Assembly: GCA_963822445.1 (NCBI GenBank) | Contig: CAWGHO010000002.1 | Location: 1,184,001-1,248,000 of the forward strand | Reading direction: 5' to 3' | Source: an uncultured Acidobacteriota bacterium | GTDB lineage: Bacteria; Acidobacteriota; Thermoanaerobaculia; Gp7-AA8 | Length of the DNA: 64,000 nt | Notes under the pieces: generated by a model | What the model was told of the DNA's origin: nothing | The model's input: the letters and a program-made list of their open reading frames with translations, nothing else | The model's database searches: none | Position numbers and translations under genes: made by a program | Part shown: positions 14,505-24,321 of the stretch, piece after piece | Numbering within the stretch: the stretch's first letter is position 1 | How the letters are laid out: each line of letters starts with the position of its first letter

Positions 14505-15332
14505 ATGAAAAGAAACGTGCTTGTGATGGGTGTGGTCCTTGCGCTGGTTGCTGTCCCCGCTTTCGCAGCGATCGAATACGAGTTCTCGCAGAAAACGACG
14601 ACCGAAGATCCGCTGCTGCCGGTAACGGACCTCTCCGCGAAAGCCGTCATCGACGGCTCGCGCATGAGGGTCGACTTCCGCAGCGGCTCTCTTTATCCGC
14701 CCGGCACCTACGCCGTCTCCACCGACCCCCGCCAGGTCTTCTTCGTCGATCCCTCGAACAAGACCTACACCGAGGTGAACATGGCCGGCGCGACGACGGC
14801 GCTGGCGGCGAGCAGCATCCGCATCGAAAACTTCCAGTCCAGGCTCGAGACCATGACCGATCGCCCGGTCATCGCCGGCGTCGAGACCGAGCATTACCGC
14901 ATCAACATCACCTACGACATCACCGTGCGCATGGGCAATCTCCCGCTCAAGCGCCACGTCAAGACCACCATCGACAGCTGGAACACCAACCGCTTCGGCG
15001 ACATGGCCCAGGACTTCATCTCCGGCGGCCGGACCTACAGCACCGGCAACGAGCAGCTCGACAAGCTGATGGCCTCCACCCGCCTGCCTGGCTTCCCACT
15101 GCGCCAGACCATCACCACCAGGACCCAGCACGACCTGCCCCAGAACAAGAACTCCAAGATCGAGATCGCCCCGGTGAGGACCGCCGTGCGGGAAATGTGG
15201 GTGAACTCCATCCGCGAAATCCCCGCGACCGGAGTGCTCTTCACCATCCCGCTGACCTACGCCCGGGCCGACGAGCCCGACGCGCCCAGAGCGGCCACGA
15301 AGGTCCTCACGTTCGAGCCCGAGGGAAAGTAG
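14505..15332 (+). CDS. Secreted hypothetical protein (DUF4412-like)
   Basis: Signal peptide VPAFA, IAGVETEHY and FTIP..Y patterns, RBS GAGG. Confidence 0.7.
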   Translation: MKRNVLVMGVVLALVAVPAFAAIEYEFSQKTTTEDPLLPVTDLSAKAVIDGSRMRVDFRSGSLYPPGTYAVSTDPRQVFFVDPSNKTYTEVNMAGATTALAASSIRIENFQSRLETMTDRPVIAGVETEHYRINITYDITVRMGNLPLKRHVKTTIDSWNTNRFGDMAQDFISGGRTYSTGNEQLDKLMASTRLPGFPLRQTITTRTQHDLPQNKNSKIEIAPVRTAVREMWVNSIREIPATGVLFTIPLTYARADEPDAPRAATKVLTFEPEGK

Positions 15333-15407
15333 CGGCCCGAAAGGCATCTGCTACCATCCCCGCCAAGCGCCAGTCGTCCCTGACAGTCTTCGCTCAATTC
15401 ACCGTTC

Positions 15408-16766
15408 ATGAAGTCATATCGCGCCGAAACCGGACGTTCGGGAAAAGCTCCGAGAGGGACGCTCAGGCGGCCCCGGGCATTCGTCGCACTGGCCGTTCCT
15501 CTGGGCGTCCTGCTTTTCCTCGCCGCCGTCCGCAACCAGCCTGAATTCGGCGCGGTCAACGCGTCGGCGGCCGTACCGGCCGTCCAGCTGCGCTACGACG
15601 AGCTTCGCAAGCCGTTCCGCGCCGAGCTTCCCGAGCACTCGCTGATCCTCACCGTCGAGCCGAACGACACCCTCGACGGCGTTCTGACGGCGGGCGGTCT
15701 GACGCGCGGCGAAAGCGCGCTCCTGACCCGCGAGTTCGGCAAGTCCTTCGACGTCCGCCGCCTCCGCCCCGGTCACATGGTCCGCTTTCACTACGACCAG
15801 GTCGGCGTCGTCGACGGCGTGCAGATGAAAATCACCGGCTGGGGCGAGCTCGCCGCGGTCCGCAACGGTGCCGGCTTCGAAGTGGAAGCGCGTCCCGCGC
15901 AAACGCGGCAGATCGAAACGACGATCTCCGCGACCGTCGATCGCTCACTCTACGAAGCCATCCGCGATGCCGGCGAAGGCCCGCAGCTCGTGCAGCAGCT
16001 CGTCGACGTCTTCCAGTGGGACATCGATTTCTTCGAGCTCCGCCGCGGCGACACGTTCAGCTTCGTGGTCAGCAAACACTTCGCGGGAAGCGACGTCGTC
16101 GGCTACGGACCGATCACCGCCGCGCGCTTCACCCATCGCGGCACGACCTACGAGGCCTTCCGCCATGAAAGCGCGGATGGATTCGCCGGCTATTACGGCC
16201 GCGGCGGCGCGCCGCTTCGCAAGCAGTTCCTCAAAGCGCCGCTGAAGTTCTCGCGCGTCACGTCCGGCTTCAGCAAGCGCCGCTTTCATCCGGTGCTCAA
16301 GTACTTCCGCCCGCATCACGGCATCGACTACGGCGCGCCCGTGGGAACGCCGGTGATGACCACCGCCGACGGCGTGGTCGTGGAAGCCCGCTACAAACAG
16401 GGCGAAGGGAACTTCGTCCGCATCCGCCACAGCTCGACGTACGACACGTATTACCTGCACCTTTCGCGCTTCGCCAAAGGACTGAAGAAGGGCACGAAAG
16501 TCACGCAGGGAGATGTGATCGGCTACGTGGGCATGACCGGTCTCGCGACGGGCCCGCATCTCGACTACCGTGTGACCGAGCGCGGCAAGTGGCTGAATCC
16601 CCTCAATCTCAAATCGATCACGCCCGATCCGTTGCGCGGCGCGCAACTGGCGCGGTACCGCGCGAACGTCGCGCGATTGGTGACGCGGCTCGATCTTCCG
16701 GCGAGCGCTGCCGTCGCCGAAAAGAACCTCAGCGCCGCCGGTCGCACGAGCCGGGCACTCTTCTAG
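15408..16766 (+). CDS. M23 family peptidoglycan endopeptidase (MepM/OapA-like)
   Basis: HHGIDYGA (HxxxD), YLHLS, TGPHLDY (HxH-like); N-terminal TM anchor. Confidence 0.92.
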   Translation: MKSYRAETGRSGKAPRGTLRRPRAFVALAVPLGVLLFLAAVRNQPEFGAVNASAAVPAVQLRYDELRKPFRAELPEHSLILTVEPNDTLDGVLTAGGLTRGESALLTREFGKSFDVRRLRPGHMVRFHYDQVGVVDGVQMKITGWGELAAVRNGAGFEVEARPAQTRQIETTISATVDRSLYEAIRDAGEGPQLVQQLVDVFQWDIDFFELRRGDTFSFVVSKHFAGSDVVGYGPITAARFTHRGTTYEAFRHESADGFAGYYGRGGAPLRKQFLKAPLKFSRVTSGFSKRRFHPVLKYFRPHHGIDYGAPVGTPVMTTADGVVVEARYKQGEGNFVRIRHSSTYDTYYLHLSRFAKGLKKGTKVTQGDVIGYVGMTGLATGPHLDYRVTERGKWLNPLNLKSITPDPLRGAQLARYRANVARLVTRLDLPASAAVAEKNLSAAGRTSRALF

Positions 16767-16785
16767 CAAAATCGGCGTCCCACAT

Positions 16786-18660
16786 ATGAACAAGGTCATC
16801 GTCCGCGCGCCGGTTCGCGCCGATCTCGCTGGCGGTACTCTCGATCTCTGGCCGCTGTATCTGTTTCATCCAGGCTCGCGAACCGTCAACGTCGCCATCT
16901 CGTTTTACGCGGAGTCGGAAGTCTGTGAGACGGGCGACGGCGCGATCGAAGTCCATCTCACCGATCAGCAATATCGCCAGCGCTACGAATCCCTCGGCGA
17001 AATGGCGAACGACCCCAAGGTCTCGCTGCTGCACCGGCTCATCGATCACTTCAAGCTCTCGGGCGTAAAGATCATCACCCGCACCGATGCGCCTCGCGGC
17101 TCGGGCCTCGGCGGCTCGTCGGCACTGGCGATCACACTAGTGCGCGCGTTCTCGGAGATGGCCGGGCAACCGGTCGAAGGCGACGATCTGATCTTCCTCG
17201 TCCGCGACCTGGAAACGCGCCTCCTCGGCGTCCCGGCCGGCATTCAGGATTACTACCCGCCGGTCTACGGCGGACTGGGATCGCTGCACCTCAATCCCGG
17301 CAAGCCGATGCGCCATCCGCTGCAGACGTCCGTGTCGGATCTCGGTGCGCACATGCTCATGCACTACACCGGCATCGCGCACTTCTCCGGCACGAACAAC
17401 TGGGAGATGTACAAGCGCCACGTCGACGGCAAGAAGAAAGTACAGAAAGGCTTTCGCGCGATCGCGGAGATCTCCATCGAAATGGAGCGCGCGCTCGACT
17501 CGGGGAACTTCGAGGCCGCGGGCGCCGCACTGGGGAAAGAGTGGCAGGCCCGGAAGGCGTTGATCGACGGCATCTCCACGCCGGAGATCGATGCAGCCAT
17601 TGACGCGGCTACGAAAGCCGGCGCGTGGGCGGGCAAGGTTTGTGGTGCGGGTGGCGGCGGATGCATCGTGTTCCTGTTTCCGCCGGAGCGCCGCGAAGAG
17701 ATCGTGCGCGCGCTGGCGACGGTTCCCGGTCGCGTGCTCGATGCGGTCCCGGTCGCGCACGGCATGACCGTCGACAGCGATCGCGACGCGAAGCCATCCG
17801 CGGCAGCACCGCGCGCACGACTGCATTCGCGTCGCGCGGGGACGCTCGATCAGCTCTACGTCTACGGCGGCGAGGGCGACTATCGGCCGTACATCCTCGC
17901 CGAAGGAATCGTCACGCACGTGGAAGGACGCAGCGGCCTGCACCTTTCGGCGATGCGTTCCTACGTCGCGCCGATCGCGCCGGCGGACGGAAAGGTGATG
18001 TGGAATCAGGCGTCGCAGATCGACGCGGAGAAGCTCGATATCCGCGCGGTTCCTGAATCGATCCGGCAGATCGACATCGCCATCACTCCCGAAGCGCTGC
18101 AGCAGAGCGCCGCGCAGTCGCAGGATGGCTTCAAGCAGTTTCTCGAGCAGAACGAGCGGCTGCAGATCTTCCATAACCCGGCCTTCGGGCTTTTCTCGGA
18201 AGCGGGCGAGACGCGTCAGGCTTTCCTCGATCGCTGTCAGGAAGAAGCGAATCGTCGCGTGGGCGACGCGCAGGAGCGGCTGGAGAGCACGTTCCGCCGC
18301 CGCATCGATCAGCTGCGCGAGCGCTCCGAGCGCGAGCAGCGCGAGCTCGACGACAGGACACAGGAAGAGGGCGGACGCCACGACGACAAGAACGAGGTGA
18401 ACGTCGCGTGGGGGCAGGCGCTCTACAACATCACCAGCGGCCGCCGCGCCGCGGTGGTGGATGAGAAGGTGTCCGCGCGCGAGACGGATTACCTCGAGCA
18501 CATCGCCCAGATCCAGCGGGCCTGGGACCGCGAGCTAGAGGCCCTGCGCGACGAGCTCTCTGCGAAGGCCCGTTCGATCGAGGACATCGCCATCGTTCCA
18601 ACGGGGAAGAACATCGAGGTCACGAAGTACCTGATTCTCTGGGCAGCCAGCCTGCCGTAG
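16786..18660 (+). CDS. GHMP kinase (HddA-like sugar-phosphate kinase) fused to a ~290-aa C-terminal domain
   Basis: APVRADLAGG, PRGSGLGGSS, GIQD, GAGGGGC; reading frame continues unbroken into a charged coiled-coil domain. Confidence 0.85.
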   Translation: MNKVIVRAPVRADLAGGTLDLWPLYLFHPGSRTVNVAISFYAESEVCETGDGAIEVHLTDQQYRQRYESLGEMANDPKVSLLHRLIDHFKLSGVKIITRTDAPRGSGLGGSSALAITLVRAFSEMAGQPVEGDDLIFLVRDLETRLLGVPAGIQDYYPPVYGGLGSLHLNPGKPMRHPLQTSVSDLGAHMLMHYTGIAHFSGTNNWEMYKRHVDGKKKVQKGFRAIAEISIEMERALDSGNFEAAGAALGKEWQARKALIDGISTPEIDAAIDAATKAGAWAGKVCGAGGGGCIVFLFPPERREEIVRALATVPGRVLDAVPVAHGMTVDSDRDAKPSAAAPRARLHSRRAGTLDQLYVYGGEGDYRPYILAEGIVTHVEGRSGLHLSAMRSYVAPIAPADGKVMWNQASQIDAEKLDIRAVPESIRQIDIAITPEALQQSAAQSQDGFKQFLEQNERLQIFHNPAFGLFSEAGETRQAFLDRCQEEANRRVGDAQERLESTFRRRIDQLRERSEREQRELDDRTQEEGGRHDDKNEVNVAWGQALYNITSGRRAAVVDEKVSARETDYLEHIAQIQRAWDRELEALRDELSAKARSIEDIAIVPTGKNIEVTKYLILWAASLP

Positions 18661-18775
18661 GGCCGGCACGGCCGGCGGCGTTGGTTGCCAAAGGCTTAGG
18701 CTCGAGCGTCGCCGGAATCTTTCCCACAGCGATCGGTTAGTACCAACCTGCGGCGTGTTAGCATCCCCGCCGTGT

Positions 18776-18852
18776 CGGGCAGTAGCGCAGCCTGGTAGCG
18801 TACCTGAATGGGGTTCAGGTGGTCGGGGGTTCAAATCCCCCCTGCCCGACCA
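18776..18852 (+). tRNA. tRNA-Pro(GGG)
   Basis: Cloverleaf: acceptor CGGGCAG/CTGCCCG, anticodon arm CCTGA-ATGGGGT-TCAGG, GTTCAAATC, encoded CCA. Confidence 0.96.
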
Positions 18853-20626
18853 AATCCACCTCCCCATCCTCCTCCTCCGACCACACCCTTCGTCCTGGGT
18901 ACGGCCAGCTCGTCGGGAACGGATTGCGCGTTCTCAGTTTGCCGCCGGTGCAGGGGCCGAGGTCGCCGTTGGGGCAGCGGGTGGTGTTGCTGGTGCAGAC
19001 GGCAGGGTCGATGGTCGTTGCGTCGTAGGCCACCGTCTTTTCATCGTCATCCGGGAGCTTGACCTTCAGTTCTCCCGACTCGAAGGCGATGCCGGCGTCC
19101 GCCAGGTTTGCGCCGCCGAGCTTGGCGTTCGAGAAGTCGGCGCCGTGCAGATAGGCGCGCGCGAGGTTCACGTCGACCGAGAGATCGGCGCCCTGGAAGT
19201 TGCAGCCGATCAGACAGGCGTACGAGAACTTCGTTCCATGCATCAGCTTCTGCTCGACGGCCGAAAAGTTCACCGCTTTCATGTACGCGTTGTTGAAAAC
19301 CGCGCCGCGCACGGTCGCCCCGGTGAACACCCCTTCCTCCAGCAGTGCGCCGACGAAGCTCACGCCCGAGGCGTTTGCGTTCGCGAATGACGCGCCGCTC
19401 AGGTCGGTGCCGGTGAAGTCGGCGGCAGCGATGGCACTCCCGTCGGGAAGCGACACGCCTTCGAGGCGCGCCTCGTCGAACGTCGCGCCGAAGAGCTTCG
19501 CGTTCGTGAATCCCACCGCGTGGAGCGTTGCCTTGTTGAACTTCGCGGACGACGCGTTCAATCCTCCGAGATCCATTCCGGTCAGGACGGCCTTCTGCGC
19601 ATCCAGGCCGGAGACGGTGGCAGGGAGCGCCTCCATCACGACATAGTCGAGGTGGCGGTTCGTCCACTTCGGGCCGACCAGCGCGTACTTGAGCTTCGCG
19701 TACGAAAAGCGCGCCGGCGCGCCGTCGGGAGAGTCGAGGTTGAGCGCGGTCGTCGACACCACTTTGCGCAGATCGCAATGGGAAAAGTCGCAGCTCTTGC
19801 CAGTTACGCCGGTGAGGATGGTCCCGTCCATCGACTTCGCGCGCGAGAAGTCCACCGCATCGAGATTCGCTCCGGTGAAATCGGCGCCGTCGAGGTTCGC
19901 CGATCCGAAACGCGCGCGGTCGAACTTGCCGCCATTGAACTTCGTTCCCTTCAGTGTCGCGCCATTGAAATCCGCGTAGCCGAACTCGACGCCGTTCAGA
20001 TCCTCGCCCGACAGATCGACGCGCGCGTTGCCGAATGACCGGAAGTCATAGCGCTCGACCTTCTTCGTGCCCGCGGTCATGTCTCTCACGCCGTCGGCGT
20101 GTTGCTCGATCGTGAAGATCGTTGGGGGATTCGTCGGATGAGAGGTGATGTTCGTGATGCCATATTGCGGAGGGGAGTAATCGAGATCCTGCGGCGACGG
20201 ATATCGCGACAGGAGATTGGTGACACCGGTCTGCATCGCTTCCGGGCGCTTGAACGCGAGTCGCGTTTTCCACGATCCGTCGGCACGCGCCGCGCGGATC
20301 AGCGAGAGATCGAAGTAGGCCGTGTAGACCGCCACCGGATAGCGCGGATTGCCGGTCGGTTTGGTGCTCGGCACGATGTCGTCGAGCCGCTCTCCGCCGA
20401 ACGCCACGATCTCGCCGTTGAAAGCCTGCAGGACCACCCAGCCGTCCATCCGTTCGTACGCCAGAAACTGCGACGCGTAGTCGGGAAGGTCGACCACTTT
20501 CCTCGGCTCCTGGCCAGGGAGTTTGAACTTCTTGTTCGCCTTGTGCACGAGTCCGACGCGCGAGTCGAAGAAGATCAGCTTGTAGTCGTTGTAGTAGAAC
20601 GAGAACTTCCCGGCGAAGCGATTCAC
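18815..20626 (-). CDS. Pentapeptide-repeat protein with an unknown N-terminal domain
   Basis: GTG start overlaps the upstream TGA (GTGA), RBS AAGGA; many A(D/N)(F/L)xx repeats; C-terminal TRCPNG..GPC motif. Confidence 0.88.
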   Translation of the reverse strand: MNRFAGKFSFYYNDYKLIFFDSRVGLVHKANKKFKLPGQEPRKVVDLPDYASQFLAYERMDGWVVLQAFNGEIVAFGGERLDDIVPSTKPTGNPRYPVAVYTAYFDLSLIRAARADGSWKTRLAFKRPEAMQTGVTNLLSRYPSPQDLDYSPPQYGITNITSHPTNPPTIFTIEQHADGVRDMTAGTKKVERYDFRSFGNARVDLSGEDLNGVEFGYADFNGATLKGTKFNGGKFDRARFGSANLDGADFTGANLDAVDFSRAKSMDGTILTGVTGKSCDFSHCDLRKVVSTTALNLDSPDGAPARFSYAKLKYALVGPKWTNRHLDYVVMEALPATVSGLDAQKAVLTGMDLGGLNASSAKFNKATLHAVGFTNAKLFGATFDEARLEGVSLPDGSAIAAADFTGTDLSGASFANANASGVSFVGALLEEGVFTGATVRGAVFNNAYMKAVNFSAVEQKLMHGTKFSYACLIGCNFQGADLSVDVNLARAYLHGADFSNAKLGGANLADAGIAFESGELKVKLPDDDEKTVAYDATTIDPAVCTSNTTRCPNGDLGPCTGGKLRTRNPFPTSWPYPGRRVWSEEEDGEVDLVGQGGFEPPTT

Positions 20627-23600
20627 GCGTTTCCTTTCTTCGGCGGCGCGGGTGGGCGCCAGTGGCTGATCGACGGCTCGAGACGGCGGTCGCGGCCGCG
20701 CAACGTCTCGTAGTTGAGGGCGAAGAGATTGCGCAGCAGATCGACGGTGATGCGAGCCGCGGTGAAGTTGCGCGTGGACGTGAGGAACGCGCCCGACGGA
20801 TCGTAGAGATCGATGCGGTAGTCCTCCGGCTTGCGGCCGTCGCCGGAGTAGCCGAGGACGAAGACGTGTCCCTTCGCCTCGCAGGCCATGTCCAGCAGGT
20901 TCAGGCGCGGCTCGCGGCGCACGGACAGAATCGGTGTCGCCGCGCTCGTGCTCGCACCGAAGTACGCGACCGGATTGCCGTTGACGTCGAAGCACTGCAC
21001 GCGCTCGTTCTTTTCCTCGAGCACGAGCACGCGACCGTCCAGCGCCAGTGTGATCGCGATCGGCGCCTGGATCAGTCCATGACGAGATCCTTCGCCGGAG
21101 AGCGCCACGGCCAGCGGCGCCTCGGCATCGGAATACGGCTTGTCGGGAAGCTGCAGGCGGAAGATCGCGTGCACGCCGCGCCGGATGCCGTACACGTAGC
21201 CATCCGGATGAACGACCATCGCATCGACGGCTTCGCGGAATCGTCCCCAGCTCTCGTTCGTGCGGATCTTGAACTCGGGACGCGGTCCCTCGAACTGGAG
21301 ACGTACGCGGCGCAGGTGAAATCCGGACGCGGGATCGCCGCCCTCTTCGTACTTGCCGCGTGACGGATCGATGAAGAAATTGCGGCCGGTGCCGTTGTCG
21401 GGTGAGGTGATGTCGTACGCGATACCGCCCGGATTCGTGAAGCCCGTCGCCGGCGCGGCGTATGCGTTCTCCGGCTTGTCTAGCACGGAGAGGTTCTGCA
21501 CCGTGAAGGTACTGTTCGGCGCGTTCGCGTTCGCGGCCGCGAGGCTCTGATCGGATGATTGCCATGCGTAGCCGACCATCTGCGGATACTGGGCGATGGT
21601 GACGGAGTGCAGCTTCTCGATGGTTCCACCCACCTTCGACGGCGTGAATTTCGTCGCCGTCGGCGGTTCTTTGACCGCCGGTACCCAGACGTGTTTGTCG
21701 CCCTCGTAACCGATCTTCTCCATGTGCTCGTAGACCGACCATGTGCCGAGGGGAACTTCGTTGATGGCGATCTCGATCTTGGGGACTTCCAGCAGTGGGC
21801 TGCCGCCGGTGTTCCCTTCCGCCTTCATCCAGGGGCTGGCGCCCTGGCCCGATTGCCAGCTGTTTTCCGCGTAGAAGAAGACCATCACCCGCAGGTTGCC
21901 GGCGGCGGGGACTTCGCGGAACTGGACGATGATGTCGTCTTTGATGGTCGTCGGCGGAAGCATTTGCGTCAGCGCCGGGAGCGTCGCGCCGGAGTCATAG
22001 ACCACGACCACGCTCAGATGATGGTGATGGGCCGGATACGTGTGGTAGACGCTGCTGGAGGTGATCGTCACCTTGAGATCGATCGAGCGCGTGATCTCGG
22101 TGACGTGCACGCGCGGAGAGTTGGCGATGGCCGTCGATGTCTGCCCGACCGCCGCGGCCGTCGCAGCGATGTCGGCGACGAGGAACGCGATGTTGACGAA
22201 TGGGATCGCTCTCTTTGCCGCGCCGATAGCGATCATCTCCGCGATCGCCGCGGAGAGCTTGGTGATGCCGGCCTTCGCCAGCGCCGGAAGCAGCTTCTGG
22301 CCGATCTTCAGCGCCGTCTTGCCTGGATTTTCGGACGTGATGGTGTAGATGCCAGCGAGGCTCGCCAGAATCGCGCAGACCACCGGCTTCTCTTTGATGA
22401 GCTTGAGCAGGCCGCCTTCTTCCTTCGAGGGCTTGCCGCCGGCGGCGAGGACCACGACCGGCAACGCCAGCTCGAGTGTGACCGTGAGAATCTCGCCGGC
22501 CAGACAGGAAACCGGATCGCGCGTTCCCGAGCCGAGACCGCCGAACGAAACGCGCACCATCGATGCTTCCGCCGGCACCTGGAACACCAGATGGGTCGTG
22601 TCGGCCGAGAGGGGAATGCCCATGATGGCCTCGACCGGATTGACGATCTCGAGGAAGCGTTTGGTCGAGTCGGTGTCGAAGAGCCGTGCGCCTTCCGGAA
22701 CCGGAAAGCGCGTCGCCCAGTCGGCCGGTGCCTTCGGCTTGCCTGCAGGATCGAGGAACTCGACGTACGCCGAGAGGTGGCGCATCCAATGGTTCTTCGC
22801 CTTCACCATCATCGTGCCGCTCGATCCGGCATTGCGCACGACGACGTCGTGGAGCGCGCGAGTGCGCCCGCCCTGCTCCTTGAGCGCGAAGCAGGCTTTG
22901 GTGAACGGGCCGGCGCTGGTCGTGACGAGGTACTGCAGCTCGGTGCCGTCCGCGTTCAGACGACACGTGCCGCTCGCCTTCCGGGCGTCATCACGTTTCT
23001 CGAGGTTGACGTAGTACTTGGTTGGCTCGTCCCGATCCGGAAACAGCAGCCCCTCGAGATCGTCGAAGATCAGCCAGAGCTTGCCGTCCGTCAGCGCCTT
23101 CTTCAGCTCCGGCGTGAACGGCCCCACCGACTTGTCGTCCTGGCTCGACCAATAGCCCTCGGCTCGCCAGTTCGCGCTGCCACCCGGTGTGTACGGAACG
23201 ACATCTTCCAGGGCGAGCCCCGAGCTCGGCGTGAGGTTCTTGATCTTCCAGCGCACGTCGGCCGCGGCGCGTGGCGCGTCGTGCAGTGGTGGCGGCGACG
23301 ACTTCGGCCTTACGCTGCCTGAGTACGCGGCCTTGGTCATGCCGTACTGCAGGCTCCAGAGCTGCCCTTTGAGCCCTTCGCTCTGCTTGGCGTAGACGAG
23401 CGCGCGGCCGAGAGGAAGCTTGATTCGCTCCTTCACGTCCGGATGCAGATCCATGGTGAAGAGCGGCTTCCCCTGATCGTCGAACGCCGGCTTGCCGTCG
23501 TCCATGACGCGCACGACCGTCGACCAGTCCTCAGGATGAGCCGCAATCGCCTTCGTGAGGAGTCCGAATTCCTTGAGCGCCTTGCGGATGCATTCTTCAA

Positions 23601-24156
23601 TGACGGACTGCGGTCCGCCTTCCTTCGCTTCGAGGTAAAGATTCACGAGCTCGGGATGCTGGAAGAGGATCGCCACCGCGGTCTCGTACGGATCGTCAAG
23701 ATTGGCTATGTCATCGAGCGCCTGCTCGAGCTCGACATGCTGCGCCTGCAGCAGCTCGCTGCCGAGGTCTCGGTAGGTGAGCTTCGGGTGAGGCTCGTTG
23801 CCGTGCAGCAGACGCCCGCGCCGGACGTCGCGCAGGCGCGCCGCGCGCGGCATCTTGATCGCCATCGACAGGACCTGCGTGGTGCGGATGCCGTCGACGT
23901 CGAGATCGCGCGTCGAGAATCCGAGCGTGACCGCGTCGCCTGGCGCGTGCACATCGGCGCGGTGCGTGATGGCACTCGGCGGCAACAGACGGAGGAAGCG
24001 ATTGCTCTCGCGCGCCGCGTTCCTCGTTTCCTCGGTGTGAGGGAGAATCGGATACTCACGCATGCCAAGGTGGTAGGTGAGTGCGGTCTCCGCCGGAACG
24101 CCGGAAAAATCAAAATGCAGCGAATGGACCTCGGACGGACGCTCGGACGCGGACAT
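20623..24156 (-). CDS. Large hypothetical protein (1177 aa): central hydrophobic helical segment, C-terminal NHL/beta-propeller-like region
   Basis: Long ORF with RBS AAGGAG; NHL-like APIAITLALDGRVLVLEEKNERVQCFD; no signal peptide. Confidence 0.85.
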   Translation of the reverse strand: MSASERPSEVHSLHFDFSGVPAETALTYHLGMREYPILPHTEETRNAARESNRFLRLLPPSAITHRADVHAPGDAVTLGFSTRDLDVDGIRTTQVLSMAIKMPRAARLRDVRRGRLLHGNEPHPKLTYRDLGSELLQAQHVELEQALDDIANLDDPYETAVAILFQHPELVNLYLEAKEGGPQSVIEECIRKALKEFGLLTKAIAAHPEDWSTVVRVMDDGKPAFDDQGKPLFTMDLHPDVKERIKLPLGRALVYAKQSEGLKGQLWSLQYGMTKAAYSGSVRPKSSPPPLHDAPRAAADVRWKIKNLTPSSGLALEDVVPYTPGGSANWRAEGYWSSQDDKSVGPFTPELKKALTDGKLWLIFDDLEGLLFPDRDEPTKYYVNLEKRDDARKASGTCRLNADGTELQYLVTTSAGPFTKACFALKEQGGRTRALHDVVVRNAGSSGTMMVKAKNHWMRHLSAYVEFLDPAGKPKAPADWATRFPVPEGARLFDTDSTKRFLEIVNPVEAIMGIPLSADTTHLVFQVPAEASMVRVSFGGLGSGTRDPVSCLAGEILTVTLELALPVVVLAAGGKPSKEEGGLLKLIKEKPVVCAILASLAGIYTITSENPGKTALKIGQKLLPALAKAGITKLSAAIAEMIAIGAAKRAIPFVNIAFLVADIAATAAAVGQTSTAIANSPRVHVTEITRSIDLKVTITSSSVYHTYPAHHHHLSVVVVYDSGATLPALTQMLPPTTIKDDIIVQFREVPAAGNLRVMVFFYAENSWQSGQGASPWMKAEGNTGGSPLLEVPKIEIAINEVPLGTWSVYEHMEKIGYEGDKHVWVPAVKEPPTATKFTPSKVGGTIEKLHSVTIAQYPQMVGYAWQSSDQSLAAANANAPNSTFTVQNLSVLDKPENAYAAPATGFTNPGGIAYDITSPDNGTGRNFFIDPSRGKYEEGGDPASGFHLRRVRLQFEGPRPEFKIRTNESWGRFREAVDAMVVHPDGYVYGIRRGVHAIFRLQLPDKPYSDAEAPLAVALSGEGSRHGLIQAPIAITLALDGRVLVLEEKNERVQCFDVNGNPVAYFGASTSAATPILSVRREPRLNLLDMACEAKGHVFVLGYSGDGRKPEDYRIDLYDPSGAFLTSTRNFTAARITVDLLRNLFALNYETLRGRDRRLEPSISHWRPPAPPKKGNA

Positions 24157-24321
24157 GCGCGAACTCCTTGCCGACTGGCGCTGACCTGAATTGTTGTGGT
24201 GCGGACCGCGGGCGAGTATAGCGAAAACCGGCTCAGCCTGGTGTGAAGATCAGGGACGGGCGGCAGGCGCGTGACACGCGCGCCTGCCCCATACTCTGTC
24301 TTCGGTTTCATCTTGCCCGAC

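Noticed and set aside
20627-21742. N-terminal ~370 aa of the 975-aa ORF 18815..21742
   Set aside because: Arg-rich alternate-frame read-through overlapping the real 1177-aa gene; the true start is the GTG at 20626 with an RBS.
24314-24321. TGCCCGAC matching the tRNA-Pro 3' end, as a possible attR of an island
   Set aside because: Only 8 bp, expected by chance in GC-rich DNA, and no integrase is present in the window.
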